This document shows positions 1 to 10,018 of a stretch of 64,000 nucleotides of DNA, piece by piece; position 1 is the first letter of the stretch; each line of letters starts with the position of its first letter. The stretch is from an uncultured Bifidobacterium sp. (GTDB lineage: Bacteria > Actinomycetota > Actinomycetes > Actinomycetales > Bifidobacteriaceae), in NCBI GenBank assembly GCA_959028125.1, contig CAUFQQ010000002.1, positions 99,697 through 163,696 of the forward strand, written 5' to 3'. A program made the translations under genes and the position numbers. The notes beneath the pieces are model-generated. The model was not told where the DNA came from. It ran no database searches and saw nothing but the letters and a program-made list of their open reading frames with translations.

Positions 1-1533
1 ATCCGGACCGACACTGCCGAAATCGTTGATATCGAAATCAGGATTGGCATCGGATTCGAAATCGAGATCCGCCTCGTCCTGATCCTTACGCGGTTCCGGC
101 TCAACAGCCTCCTGGAAGACACGTTCCGACTTCGGCTTCTTCAAATCGGGATTGACCTTCTCTTCCAGCATGAGACGCGCATCGCCAGCCGTAGTGAAGC
201 TACCGCAAATCAGCACACCGTGACCATAGCCAACACCAAGCTCATCATCGGCGTCAACCATATTAACAGCCTCCTGAATGGCATCCGGCAGTTCAGGAAC
301 ACACGTAACCCTTTCCGCACCAAACACGCGTTCAGCAACCGTTTTCAGGTCTTCCGCGGGCATCACACGATCACGCCACGAGTTTTCAGTGACAACCACA
401 TGGCTCAGCAATGGTTCGAGCACGCCCAAATACTCTTCGACCTGCTTGTCTCCCATCATGGCGATCACGCCGACGAGTTGCTGGAAATCGTAATTTTCCT
501 CAATCGCGGCACGCAACGATTCTGCCGCATTCACATTATGCCCGCCATCCAGAATGATCGTTGGCGATGTGCGAATCTGCTCGATGCGGCCTGGAATCCT
601 CACCGTGCTCAACGCCTCAGCCACAAGATCACCGTCAAGCGCACCGTTGACGGGAATCACCACTTCCGCCGCGCACAGGGCCGCGAGCGCATTATGGGCC
701 TGATGTTCGCCGAATTTGGCGATCGGCACTTCCGCGTACGTGCCATTCGGCGTACGCAGGGTCGCAACCTGACCGCCGACTGCCGGAATGCGGGTCACAA
801 CTTCCGCTTCGATGCCATCCCTCACCAGATTGGCATGGTTCTGCCTCGCCGCTTCCTCGATAATCGGCATGACGGCCTCTTCATGCGGTTGACGCCCGAT
901 GACCGCGGTGCAGCCCGGCTTGATAATGCCGACTTTTTCGGATGCGATCTGTTCCACGGTATTGCCAAGCCATGCCATATGATCCATGTCGATCGGTCCG
1001 ATAATGGCCGCATCGGCATCGAGCACGTTGGTGGCATCCCAGCGGCCGCCCATACCGACCTCCACGATGGCCACATCGACCGGAGCGTCGGCGAACTTCC
1101 AGATGGCCATGGCGGTGAGCACTTCGAAGAAGCTCATTTTTGGCTTGTCGAGTTCTTCCATCTTCATGTCGACCATGGCTACAAGGTCTTTGATTTGATC
1201 CCAGGTATCAACGAAATCGTCGTCGGAAAGCTGCTGGCCGTCGATGGCGATGCGCTCGTTGACATGTTCAAGATGCGGTGACGTGTATAAACCGGTTCGC
1301 ATGCCGTAGGCACGGCAGATCGCCTCGGCCATGCGCGCGGTAGATCCTTTGCCGTTGGTTCCGGTGATGTGAATCACACGGAACGACTGCTCGGGATGTC
1401 CCATGATGTCGAGGATCATCTTCATGCGTTGCAGGTCAAGATTGGTGGTATTGCGCTCTGATGGGCGGCTCATGATGTCGCGTTCGACGTCGATCATGCT
1501 TTCATTGTTGCGATTCGGATGTTCGAATGACAT
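1..1533 (-). CDS. folC: Folylpolyglutamate synthase/dihydrofolate synthase (3' end outside window)
   Basis: Manual minus-strand translation from ATG 1533: MSFEHPNRNNESMIDVERDIMSRP...FRVIHITGTNGKGSTARMAEAI...GLYTSPHL, the FolC P-loop and TSPHL motifs. Absent from the ORF track because it runs off the window. Confidence 0.9.
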   Translation of the reverse strand, partial: MSFEHPNRNNESMIDVERDIMSRPSERNTTNLDLQRMKMILDIMGHPEQSFRVIHITGTNGKGSTARMAEAICRAYGMRTGLYTSPHLEHVNERIAIDGQQLSDDDFVDTWDQIKDLVAMVDMKMEELDKPKMSFFEVLTAMAIWKFADAPVDVAIVEVGMGGRWDATNVLDADAAIIGPIDMDHMAWLGNTVEQIASEKVGIIKPGCTAVIGRQPHEEAVMPIIEEAARQNHANLVRDGIEAEVVTRIPAVGGQVATLRTPNGTYAEVPIAKFGEHQAHNALAALCAAEVVIPVNGALDGDLVAEALSTVRIPGRIEQIRTSPTIILDGGHNVNAAESLRAAIEENYDFQQLVGVIAMMGDKQVEEYLGVLEPLLSHVVVTENSWRDRVMPAEDLKTVAERVFGAERVTCVPELPDAIQEAVNMVDADDELGVGYGHGVLICGSFTTAGDARLMLEEKVNPDLKKPKSERVFQEAVEPEPRKDQDEADLDFESDANPDFDINDFGSVGPD

Positions 1534-1679
1534 ATTCTTTCGGATTCCTCCCCTACCTTGGGATTGCTCACTCAATCTCCCTTATTCTATGTGCTTGCAT
1601 GAACGTTGCGCGGCGCAAAAAGTTATAGGATGGTTTGCGGTAATTGCGTAAGCATGGACGACCATATTCAGGAGATGTG

Positions 1680-3281
1680 ATGAACGAAGTCATTACCGAT
1701 AAAGACAAGGAGTATGAAGCCATGGAGCAGTCCAGCGCTCCCGGCCCTGATCAGGCGATGAGCGACCGTGTGAACAATCGTTCGCTGCGCCCGCGTTCCG
1801 AGGCGTTCAAGGAGTTCATGACCACCGGTTGGGATGATAATGAGCCGGTTATTGAACCGTTGGAGTCTTCCCATTACATTCAGGCTCGTCTTGACACGCT
1901 GGGTAAGGCTTTTCCCGGAGAGCGTATTGTGATCCCGGCCGGTCAGCCGAAGGTGCGCAACAACGACTGCGATTATGCGTTCCGTCCGGATACGACGTTT
2001 TCGTATTACACCGGTTTGGGTGAAGACTACGAAGCCGGTGCAGTGCTGGTGTTGAATCCGGTTGATCCTGATTCTCCGGAGGCTGCGGCCGGCAAGACGC
2101 ATGTGCCGGAATTGTTTGTGGCTCCGCGTGCGAACCATTACACGCAGGACTTTTTCATGAATGCCCATTATGGCGAATATTGGGTTGGACCTCGTGCCGG
2201 CTTGCAGGAGATGACTGCAATGACCGGTATTGAGACCAATGACATTGCGCAGTTGGCTGACGCACTGAGCAAGGATGTCGGTTCTGAAGCTGGTGCCGTG
2301 CGTGTGCGTGTGATTCGCGAGGCTGATCCGCAGATCACCGAAATGGTGGAGGATATTCGCGAGGCGAACGGTTTCGCCGATCCGGATGGCAATACGCATG
2401 CCGATGACAAGCTTCATGAGTTTGCCGCCGAGGCTCGCATGTGCAAGGACGAATATGAGATTCGTGAAATGCGCAAGGCCGTTGCCGCAACCAAGCATGG
2501 TTTCGACAATATTCTGCGCAAGCTGCCGTCGTCGCTCGACAAGCCTCGTTCGGAACGTATGCTGGAAGGCGCGTTCAATGCCATTTCCCGTGAGGAAGGC
2601 AATGAGGTCGGCTACGATACGATCATCGCTTCCGGCGCTCATGCGCCGATTCTGCATTGGATGCGTAACACCGGTACCGTGGAGTCCGGCGATCTGCTGC
2701 TGATTGATGCCGGCGTGGAAGTCAATAGCTTGTATACGGCCGATATCACGCGCACGTTCCCGACCAACGGGAAGTTCACTGATTTCCAGAAAAAGCTGTA
2801 TCAGGCGGTTTTGGACTCCCAGCAGGCTGGTTTTGAAGCTGCCAAGCCGGGTGCCACGTATTCCGACATTCATCATGCGTGCATGCGTGTGATCGCCGAG
2901 CGTCTGCATGATTGGGGCATTCTTCCGGTCGATGTCGAGGAGTCGCTTTCTCCGGAAGGACAGCAGCATCGCCGTTGGCTCGCTTGTGGTGTGGCCCATC
3001 ATCTTGGTTTGGATGTGCATGATTGCGCTCAGGCACGTTATGAGTCGTATCAGGGTGCTGCGATTCGTCCTGGCATGATTTTCACGATTGAGCCGGGTCT
3101 GTATTTCCGTGAGGATGATCTGTTGATTCCGCCGGAGTATCGCGGCATCGGCATTCGCGTTGAGGATGATGTACTGATGACTGAGGATGGTCCGGAATGG
3201 ATTTCCGCCGGCATTCCAAAGCAGATCGATGAGGTCGAAGAGTGGATGGCCAACATGGCTGCCGAAGGTGCAAAGGCCTGA
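1680..3281 (+). CDS. pepP: Xaa-Pro aminopeptidase (M24B)
   Basis: RNNDCDYAFR N-terminal motif; metal-binding motifs DAG, ADITRT, HHLGLDVHD, EPGLY, GIRVEDD; RBS GGAG before ATG 1680. Confidence 0.92.
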   Translation: MNEVITDKDKEYEAMEQSSAPGPDQAMSDRVNNRSLRPRSEAFKEFMTTGWDDNEPVIEPLESSHYIQARLDTLGKAFPGERIVIPAGQPKVRNNDCDYAFRPDTTFSYYTGLGEDYEAGAVLVLNPVDPDSPEAAAGKTHVPELFVAPRANHYTQDFFMNAHYGEYWVGPRAGLQEMTAMTGIETNDIAQLADALSKDVGSEAGAVRVRVIREADPQITEMVEDIREANGFADPDGNTHADDKLHEFAAEARMCKDEYEIREMRKAVAATKHGFDNILRKLPSSLDKPRSERMLEGAFNAISREEGNEVGYDTIIASGAHAPILHWMRNTGTVESGDLLLIDAGVEVNSLYTADITRTFPTNGKFTDFQKKLYQAVLDSQQAGFEAAKPGATYSDIHHACMRVIAERLHDWGILPVDVEESLSPEGQQHRRWLACGVAHHLGLDVHDCAQARYESYQGAAIRPGMIFTIEPGLYFREDDLLIPPEYRGIGIRVEDDVLMTEDGPEWISAGIPKQIDEVEEWMANMAAEGAKA

Positions 3282-3282
3282 T

Positions 3283-3804
3283 ATGCCAACGCCTGAATTC
3301 ATTCTCGAGTTACGCAAGAAAGTCGGTCACGATCTCCTGTGGCTGATGGGCGTCTCCGGCTATGTTGAAGACGAGCAAGGTCGTGTGCTGCTTGGCAGGC
3401 GTTCCGATACCGGCGAGTGGGCCATGGTGTATGGCATTAATGAGCCTGGCGAGGAACCTGCCGACACGGTGGCGCGTGAGGTCAAGGAAGAGACTGGCGT
3501 GGATGTTATCGTCACCGATTTGGTGTCGGTGAAGTCTTCCCGCAAGGTGCTTACGTATGCGAACGGCGACAACACCATGTATATGGATCACCTGTTCGTG
3601 TGCAAGCCCGATCCGAATGGTAATGCCGAACCGTTCGTAGGTGACGAGGAAAGCCTCAACGTGGGTTGGTTCTCCCCTGATGACCTGCCTCAGCCCCTGG
3701 CCGACACCACAGTGGAACGCATGGGCTACGTGCGTGAGTACCTCAAGAACAAGGCGAACGGCGACGCACACGCGCAATTCTCCTTCAACGGTGCGATTCG
3801 CTGA
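3283..3804 (+). CDS. NUDIX hydrolase
   Basis: Nudix box GINEPGEEPADTVAREVKEETG; ATG 1 nt after the pepP stop. Confidence 0.88.
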   Translation: MPTPEFILELRKKVGHDLLWLMGVSGYVEDEQGRVLLGRRSDTGEWAMVYGINEPGEEPADTVAREVKEETGVDVIVTDLVSVKSSRKVLTYANGDNTMYMDHLFVCKPDPNGNAEPFVGDEESLNVGWFSPDDLPQPLADTTVERMGYVREYLKNKANGDAHAQFSFNGAIR

Positions 3805-3833
3805 ATACAGTCACAATTGAATATATAAACTAG

Positions 3834-3870
3834 GAGCTGGTGTGACGATCATGAACCGTCACACCAGCTC
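3834..3870. terminator. Hairpin between convergent genes, probable bidirectional terminator
   Basis: 14-bp inverted repeat GAGCTGGTGTGACG / CGTCACACCAGCTC. Confidence 0.7.
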
Positions 3871-3907
3871 TTGTGTATGTCAGGAAGCCACGAAACTCAC
3901 TTCGGAA

Positions 3908-5617
3908 TCAAATTCCTTTGGCGAGCAACTCGTGCAGCTGGGCGCGATGTTTTCGCTGTTCACGCGGATCAGGCACCGGCAGCGATGCCAACAACTTCTG
4001 CGTGTAGGGATTCTGCGGGTTATTCATAACCTGATCGGCATCACCATGTTCCACAATCTCGCCCTTATGCATCACCATAATGCGATCGGCCAGCATATCG
4101 ACCACGGCAAGATCATGGGTGATGAACAAGCATGCGAAACCTATTTCCGCCTGCAGTTTCTTGAACAGCTCCAACACCTTCGCCTGTACCGACACATCCA
4201 ATGCAGAAGTCGGCTCGTCGGCGATCAGCAGGCTCGGCTTAAGCGCCAGCGCTCGTGCCAAGGAGGCACGCTGACGCTGACCGCCGGAAAGCTCATGCGG
4301 GAACCGGTTCATATATGCACGCGGCAACTGCACCATTTCGAGCAGATCTCCCACATAGTCGCTCGCTTCCGACACAGACGAGTACTTTTTATGCACGATC
4401 AGCGGTTCTGCCACATTCTCCGCGATGGTCATCAGCGGATTGAATGAACTACCCGGATCTTGGAACACAAAACCAATATCAGCACGCTTGGGTTTGAATT
4501 GACGTTCCTTGACACCGTTCATTTCCACACCCAACACGTTCAGGGAGCCGCCGGACACTTTCTGCAAACCCGCGATGGCACGACCGGTAGTGGATTTGCC
4601 GGAACCGGATTCGCCGACCAATCCCAGCACTTCGGAACGGTGAATAGTGAAATCAATACCATTGACCGCCTTGAAATCAGGCTGCGTCAAATGCCCAGGA
4701 TAGGTGATAGTCAGTCCCTTGGCCTCGACGGCAATGGGTTGGTCATGCCAATCCTTGCTGCGTTCAATCACCTTGCCCTGCTCATCACGAACGACCAGTT
4801 TCTGCCCGATACGCGGCACGGCCGCGAGCAACCGCTTGGTGTAATCGTCTTTCGGCGAGTAGAAGATCTGTTCGACGCTTCCCTGCTCGACCACATGACC
4901 TCGATACATGACCACCACTTCATCGGCGATATCGGCGATCACACCCATATTATGGGTGATAATCAGCACGGAAGCGCCGAATTCGTCGCGGGCAAGACGC
5001 AACAAGTCAAGAATTTCTGCCTGCACGGTCACGTCGAGTGCGGTAGTCGGTTCGTCAGCCAGAATCAGACCTGGATTGAGCACCAACGCCATGGCGATGA
5101 CGATACGTTGTTTTTGGCCGCCCGAGAACTGATGCGGATAGTAGTCAATTCGAGTTTCGGCATCAGGAATGCCTACTTTTTTGAGGATATCCACGGACTT
5201 GGCACGAAGCTCCTTCTTGTCTTTCATGCCGTGAGCGCGAAGTCCCTCTTCGATTTGCCATCCGATGGTATACACCGGATTAAGTACCGAATTAGGTTCC
5301 TGGAACACCATGGCCGCTTCTGATCCTCGCATACGGCGCAGATCTTCTCCGGAAAGAGACAGTACGTCAAGCTGCTCATTGCCTTCACGGTTCGACAGAT
5401 AAATCATGCCGGAAGTGGTTGCCGTCTCCGGCAACAGCTTGATAATCGAACGTGCGGTCACGGATTTTCCGGAACCTGATTCGCCAACCACACCCACCAC
5501 GGTTTTGCGTGGGATGGTGAAGCTAATCTTGTCGATGGCTTTGATGGATCCTGCGTCGGTCATGAAGGAAACGCTCAGATCCTTGACTTGCGCAAGATTG
5601 GTTTGTTCGTCACTCAT
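3908..5617 (-). CDS. Dipeptide/oligopeptide ABC transporter ATP-binding protein (fused DppD/DppF, two NBDs)
   Basis: Two GESGSGKS Walker A motifs, FSGGQ and LSGGQ signatures, two DEPT motifs. Confidence 0.92.
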   Translation of the reverse strand: MSDEQTNLAQVKDLSVSFMTDAGSIKAIDKISFTIPRKTVVGVVGESGSGKSVTARSIIKLLPETATTSGMIYLSNREGNEQLDVLSLSGEDLRRMRGSEAAMVFQEPNSVLNPVYTIGWQIEEGLRAHGMKDKKELRAKSVDILKKVGIPDAETRIDYYPHQFSGGQKQRIVIAMALVLNPGLILADEPTTALDVTVQAEILDLLRLARDEFGASVLIITHNMGVIADIADEVVVMYRGHVVEQGSVEQIFYSPKDDYTKRLLAAVPRIGQKLVVRDEQGKVIERSKDWHDQPIAVEAKGLTITYPGHLTQPDFKAVNGIDFTIHRSEVLGLVGESGSGKSTTGRAIAGLQKVSGGSLNVLGVEMNGVKERQFKPKRADIGFVFQDPGSSFNPLMTIAENVAEPLIVHKKYSSVSEASDYVGDLLEMVQLPRAYMNRFPHELSGGQRQRASLARALALKPSLLIADEPTSALDVSVQAKVLELFKKLQAEIGFACLFITHDLAVVDMLADRIMVMHKGEIVEHGDADQVMNNPQNPYTQKLLASLPVPDPREQRKHRAQLHELLAKGI

Positions 5618-5621
5618 TGCG

Positions 5622-6794
5622 TCACTCTTCTTCCTTGGAGCCCCATTCGGAGGCGGTAAATGACGGGTCGCGATCCGTAACGGTCACTGGCTGATCGCTG
5701 GCTCCCATTGGATTCTTGGCGGCCGCGAGCTCGGCTATCACCTCGTTGCGAACGCCCGGCTTCTGGCTGGGATCAACCGAAGTATCTTCGATGGATCCAA
5801 CCACCTCACCAGCGGATTTGCGTGCACGCAGACGCGGGTCGGCAAGGTCATTGAGGGATTCGCCCACCAAGGTGATACCCAGAACAATCAATACGATGGC
5901 GATACCTGGGAACACTGCGGTCCACCAAATGCCCGCGGTTACATCCGACACGGAACGATTCAGATCGTAACCCCATTCAGCGGCTGCGGTAGGTTCGATG
6001 CCGAATCCGAGGAAGCCCAATCCCGCAAGAGTCAGAATCGCTTCGGACGAGTTCAACGTCAGAATAACCGGTAACGTTCTGGTGGAGTTCTTAAGAAGGT
6101 GCTTGGTCATGATGCGCCATGTCGACGCGCCCACCACGCGAGCGGAATCAACGTAAGCGGATTCCTTGATTCGAATGACCTCGGATCGAATGGTACGGAA
6201 ATACTGCGGAATATAGACCACGGTGATGGAGATACCCGAAGCGAGAATGCCACTCCACAGACCAGACTGACCGCCGGAAATCATAATGGCCATCAGAATC
6301 GCAAGCAGCAGCGAGGGGAAAGAGTAGATGGCGTCGGCGATCATGACAAGCACACGATCCACCCAACCACCGAAATATCCGGAAACCAAACCGAGCAATA
6401 CACCCGCGAAAATAGAAAGCAGCACAGCGATCACAATCGCAATGACCGCGGTACGAGAGCCCCAAATCACACGGCTGAACACGTCATAACCACCTGCGGT
6501 GGTACCCCAAATATGCTCGGATGAGGGTGCTGCCTGGGCTGGGAATGAAACTCCATTGGCATCTTTGAGCTGCGCATAGCCGTACGGTGCAATTACGGGC
6601 GCGAACAAGGCCACGAGCAGGAAGAACGCCGTGAGCAACAGGCCGGTAATCAGCATGCCTTTCTGCCAGCCGACCGCTACGCGAAGCTCCTTGATGATCG
6701 GAATCTTGGCCCAGAACGGAGCTTTCCTGTTGACTTTGAGATCGTTCAGACGAGTGTCACCCGGGACGGTGACGTTATTTGCTGATGCAGTCAT
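5622..6794 (-). CDS. Peptide ABC transporter permease (DppC/OppC-like)
   Basis: HIWGTTAGGYDVFSRVIWG, EAA-type loop YVDSARVVGAS, LGFLGFG. Confidence 0.9.
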   Translation of the reverse strand: MTASANNVTVPGDTRLNDLKVNRKAPFWAKIPIIKELRVAVGWQKGMLITGLLLTAFFLLVALFAPVIAPYGYAQLKDANGVSFPAQAAPSSEHIWGTTAGGYDVFSRVIWGSRTAVIAIVIAVLLSIFAGVLLGLVSGYFGGWVDRVLVMIADAIYSFPSLLLAILMAIMISGGQSGLWSGILASGISITVVYIPQYFRTIRSEVIRIKESAYVDSARVVGASTWRIMTKHLLKNSTRTLPVILTLNSSEAILTLAGLGFLGFGIEPTAAAEWGYDLNRSVSDVTAGIWWTAVFPGIAIVLIVLGITLVGESLNDLADPRLRARKSAGEVVGSIEDTSVDPSQKPGVRNEVIAELAAAKNPMGASDQPVTVTDRDPSFTASEWGSKEEE

Positions 6795-6795
6795 G

Positions 6796-7887
6796 TCAGT
6801 ACCTCACTCTCGGATCCACCAACGCGGCGATAACGTCAACGATGAAGTTGACGACGGCCACGATGATGGCGATCAGAATCACAATGCCCTGCACAGCTAC
6901 GAAGTCACGCGCTTTCAGATATTGGGACAACATGAATCCGAGTCCCTTCCATTCGAAGGTGGTTTCGGTAAGCACCGCGCCGGCGAGCATCAATGCGATC
7001 TGCATGCCCATAACGGTGATGATTGGAATAAGCGCCGGCCTCCATGCGTGCTTGCTGAGCAGACGTTTTTCGGCGACGCCACGCGAACGCGCAGCCTCGA
7101 CATAGCCGGAATTGTAGGTGGAAATCACATTGGTGCGCACCAAACGAATAAACACGCCTGCGGTGAGCAATCCCAACGCCAGCGCAGGAAGTACGGCGTG
7201 ACGCAACACGTCGGCCAGCACGCTCATATCACCCAGCTGCAGTGCATCGATAATGTAGAAGCCGGTCGGAGAGACGAGTCGGGTGAACTGCATTTCCGAA
7301 GACAACGAGCATCGACCGGATGCCGGCAACACATTCAGCCAGATGGCGAAAATGAGTTTCAGGACCAATCCCAAGAAGAACACGGGGGTGGCGTAGCACA
7401 GAATGGCAAAGGTTCGAATGCCTGCATCGGCAGCGTGATCGCGTCTGCACGCAGCTACACGACCTAAGCCGATACCTACGATCAAAGCAACAATGAGCGA
7501 TAGGAGCGCCAACTCGAAAGTCGCTGATCCGTAATGAACAAGAATGCTGATAACCGGCTGATTATCAGTCAACGTAGTGCCGAGATCCCCATGGAGCAAA
7601 CCCCCAAGGTAATCGATATATTGCACAATAAGAGGACGGTCGTAGCCGGCCGCATGAACACGCTTTTGCAACTCGTCAGGGGTAAGACGACCACCCAATG
7701 CCGCAGAAATAGGATCGCCTGTAGCTCGCATCACAAAAAACACGACGGTGACGAGAATGAAAACGGTTGGAATAATGAGCAGGAATCGAGTCAGGACGAA
7801 ACGGAAAAATCCGCCTGACAAATGATTCTTTTTGGCTTGTTTCGGCTTCGCCTCCTGAGAGACGGCCGGAGCTGCTGTGTCTGACAC
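6796..7887 (-). CDS. Peptide ABC transporter permease (DppB/OppB-like)
   Basis: GDP motif, GDLG, YVEAARSRG, ETTFEWKGLG, ARDF; GTG start inferred from AAGGAG RBS. Confidence 0.9.
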   Translation of the reverse strand: MSDTAAPAVSQEAKPKQAKKNHLSGGFFRFVLTRFLLIIPTVFILVTVVFFVMRATGDPISAALGGRLTPDELQKRVHAAGYDRPLIVQYIDYLGGLLHGDLGTTLTDNQPVISILVHYGSATFELALLSLIVALIVGIGLGRVAACRRDHAADAGIRTFAILCYATPVFFLGLVLKLIFAIWLNVLPASGRCSLSSEMQFTRLVSPTGFYIIDALQLGDMSVLADVLRHAVLPALALGLLTAGVFIRLVRTNVISTYNSGYVEAARSRGVAEKRLLSKHAWRPALIPIITVMGMQIALMLAGAVLTETTFEWKGLGFMLSQYLKARDFVAVQGIVILIAIIVAVVNFIVDVIAALVDPRVRY

Positions 7888-8056
7888 GCGATGCTCCTTG
7901 ATAAGAAGCCTGTACGGCTTTGATTTACAACAATATCGAATCACTGCGCCGTTTCAGGCAGATAATTCGGGAAATGGGGACCTCCGGCCATAGACCGGGG
8001 ATCCCCAGTGGTTTTCTATGCAGGCTGCGGCAGGTCATGCCGCACATCCGCACACA

Positions 8057-9688
8057 TCACGCCTTGGTGACAGATGCGAAACGGAAACGGAAGGAAGCGT
8101 CGAGCACAACACCCTTCACGTTGGCGCCGGTAACTGCAACCTGCGCACCCTGCAGCAGCGGGATGGTGGACAGGTCTTCGGTTTCAAGGGTCTGAATCTT
8201 CTTGAGCAGATCCTCACGGGCGCTTTCGTCGGTTTCACCAGCCTGCTCCATAATCAAATCGTTGATTTCGGAGTTGGAGTAAGCGTTGTTCACGAAGTTG
8301 CCGTCACGGAAGAACGGAGACAGATAGTTATCCGGGTCGGAGTAATCCGGGAACCAGCCGAGCTGGTAGACCGGGTAGGATCCATCAGAGTCCTCGGTAA
8401 CAACACGGTCTTTGTTGTACTGGGTCCATTCGGTGGACTGCAGGTCGACCTTGAACAGACCACCCTCCTCGAGCTGAGCCTTGAGAGCCGCATACTCGTC
8501 GGCGGAAGAGGATCCATAGTGGTCCGGATTGTACTGCAGCTTGAGCTCAACCGGAGTGGAAACGCCTGCGTCCTCAAGAACCTTCTTGGCCTTGTCGGCG
8601 CTCGGCTTGCCGTTGCCGTCACCATACGCAGTCTTGAAGGTGTCTTCGTGACCAACTAAACCGTCCGGAATGTAGGAGTACATCGGGGTGTACGTGTCCT
8701 TATAGACCTTGGTCGCCAACTCCTCGCGGTCGATGAGGTTAGCAACGGCCTGACGCACAGCCTTGGCCTTGTCGGCATTCGGTTCATCGGACTTGGTGCC
8801 GTACGGCTGGATGTTGAAGTTGAAGACCAGGAAGCGTTCCTCACCGCCCGGACCCTTGACGACCTTGACCTTGGAGTCCTTGGACAGATCATCGATGTCG
8901 GTCGGAGTCAGAGAACGGTAGGCCACGTCGACCTGTCCCTGCTGCACGGCCATCTTCAGGTTGGAAGAATCGGCAAAGTACTTGACCTGAACAGTGCTGT
9001 TCTTGGCCGGGGTCAGACCCTGATAAGAGTCGTTCTTGGAGTAGCCTGCAACCTCATTGGCCTTGTAGGAGGTCAGAATGTACGGACCGGCGAAAGCCTT
9101 CTCCTTGATGATGGTGTCAGCATCAGTGAGCTTGTCGGCGGAGAAGACCTCTTCGTCGACAATCGGACCGGCCGGGCTGGAAAGCACCTGCTTGAGGGTC
9201 ACATCGTTCTTGACTTTGGAATGGAACACCACAGTGGTGTCATCTGGCGTATCGATGGATTCGATGTTGGCCAGCAACGAACTCGGACCATTCTCATCGT
9301 TGATCGTGTTGACACGGTCGAAGGAGAACTTGATATCGGACGAAGTCAGGTCGTGACCATTGGCGAACTTCAGGCCAGACTTGATCTTAACGGTGAACTC
9401 AGTGCCGTCGTCACTCCAGGTACCGTCATCCGCAGCGATGTCCGGAGACAGTTCAGAGGTGTTGTAGTCCTGCGCATACAGGAACGGGAACACGTTGATT
9501 TGAACGGCATAGGAACCGTTGTCATAGGAGCCGGCAGGGTCAACGCTAGTAACCTTGTCCGTGGTGCCGACGGTAATGACATCCGCATCCCCCGATGCGG
9601 AACCGCTATCCTTTACGCCGCCGCATGCCGCGAGCGAGGCCAGTGCGGCAATCGAGACAGCCGCAGCCATAATCTTCTTGTGATTCAC
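8057..9688 (-). CDS. Family 5 ABC substrate-binding lipoprotein (DppA-like)
   Basis: Lipobox LAAC after a basic/hydrophobic N-terminus; LKFANGHDLTSSDIKFSF and GWFPDYSDPDNYL are SBP_bac_5 motifs. Confidence 0.9.
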   Translation of the reverse strand: MNHKKIMAAAVSIAALASLAACGGVKDSGSASGDADVITVGTTDKVTSVDPAGSYDNGSYAVQINVFPFLYAQDYNTSELSPDIAADDGTWSDDGTEFTVKIKSGLKFANGHDLTSSDIKFSFDRVNTINDENGPSSLLANIESIDTPDDTTVVFHSKVKNDVTLKQVLSSPAGPIVDEEVFSADKLTDADTIIKEKAFAGPYILTSYKANEVAGYSKNDSYQGLTPAKNSTVQVKYFADSSNLKMAVQQGQVDVAYRSLTPTDIDDLSKDSKVKVVKGPGGEERFLVFNFNIQPYGTKSDEPNADKAKAVRQAVANLIDREELATKVYKDTYTPMYSYIPDGLVGHEDTFKTAYGDGNGKPSADKAKKVLEDAGVSTPVELKLQYNPDHYGSSSADEYAALKAQLEEGGLFKVDLQSTEWTQYNKDRVVTEDSDGSYPVYQLGWFPDYSDPDNYLSPFFRDGNFVNNAYSNSEINDLIMEQAGETDESAREDLLKKIQTLETEDLSTIPLLQGAQVAVTGANVKGVVLDASFRFRFASVTKA

Positions 9689-9942
9689 TATGGAATCCTT
9701 TCTCTTCCTGCTGTCGTAATTGGTACTCCAAAACGACGTGCCACAAGGGTAGGGCACACTTTGTTAGCGAAACATTTCACGGAAGCTCATTTTGCGACGT
9801 CACCCTTTCTCGATCCAACGAAAACTCAGCAATCACAACGGTTTTGCAGTTAATTTTTTTCCGAAAAGTGTGTGTCAAATAATGAGACAGCGAATCCCAT
9901 ATTGAGAATCGACGGTCCTCGTGACACGCCGAAAGACGGAAC

Positions 9943-9982
9943 TTGCATCAACTAATTAACGGCGTTAATATATCAACTAGTT
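9943..9982 (+). promoter_or_regulatory. Sigma70-like promoter with overlapping palindromic operator
   Basis: TTGCAT (9943-9948), 17 nt, TAATAT (9966-9971); palindrome ATTAAC-GGC-GTTAAT (9955-9969), whose core recurs at 14453. Confidence 0.7.
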
Positions 9983-10018
9983 CAACGAAGGGTCCGTGCA
10001 CTGGCGCAAGGAGGTGTC

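Noticed and set aside
220..1281. 353-aa plus-strand ORF, and similar long ORFs such as 1668-3317(-), 21190-23025(+), 52565-54001(+) and 57008-58519(+)
   Set aside because: These are antisense shadows of well-supported genes (folC, pepP, murD, glnA, hisC), which are common in high-GC DNA; they carry no motifs.
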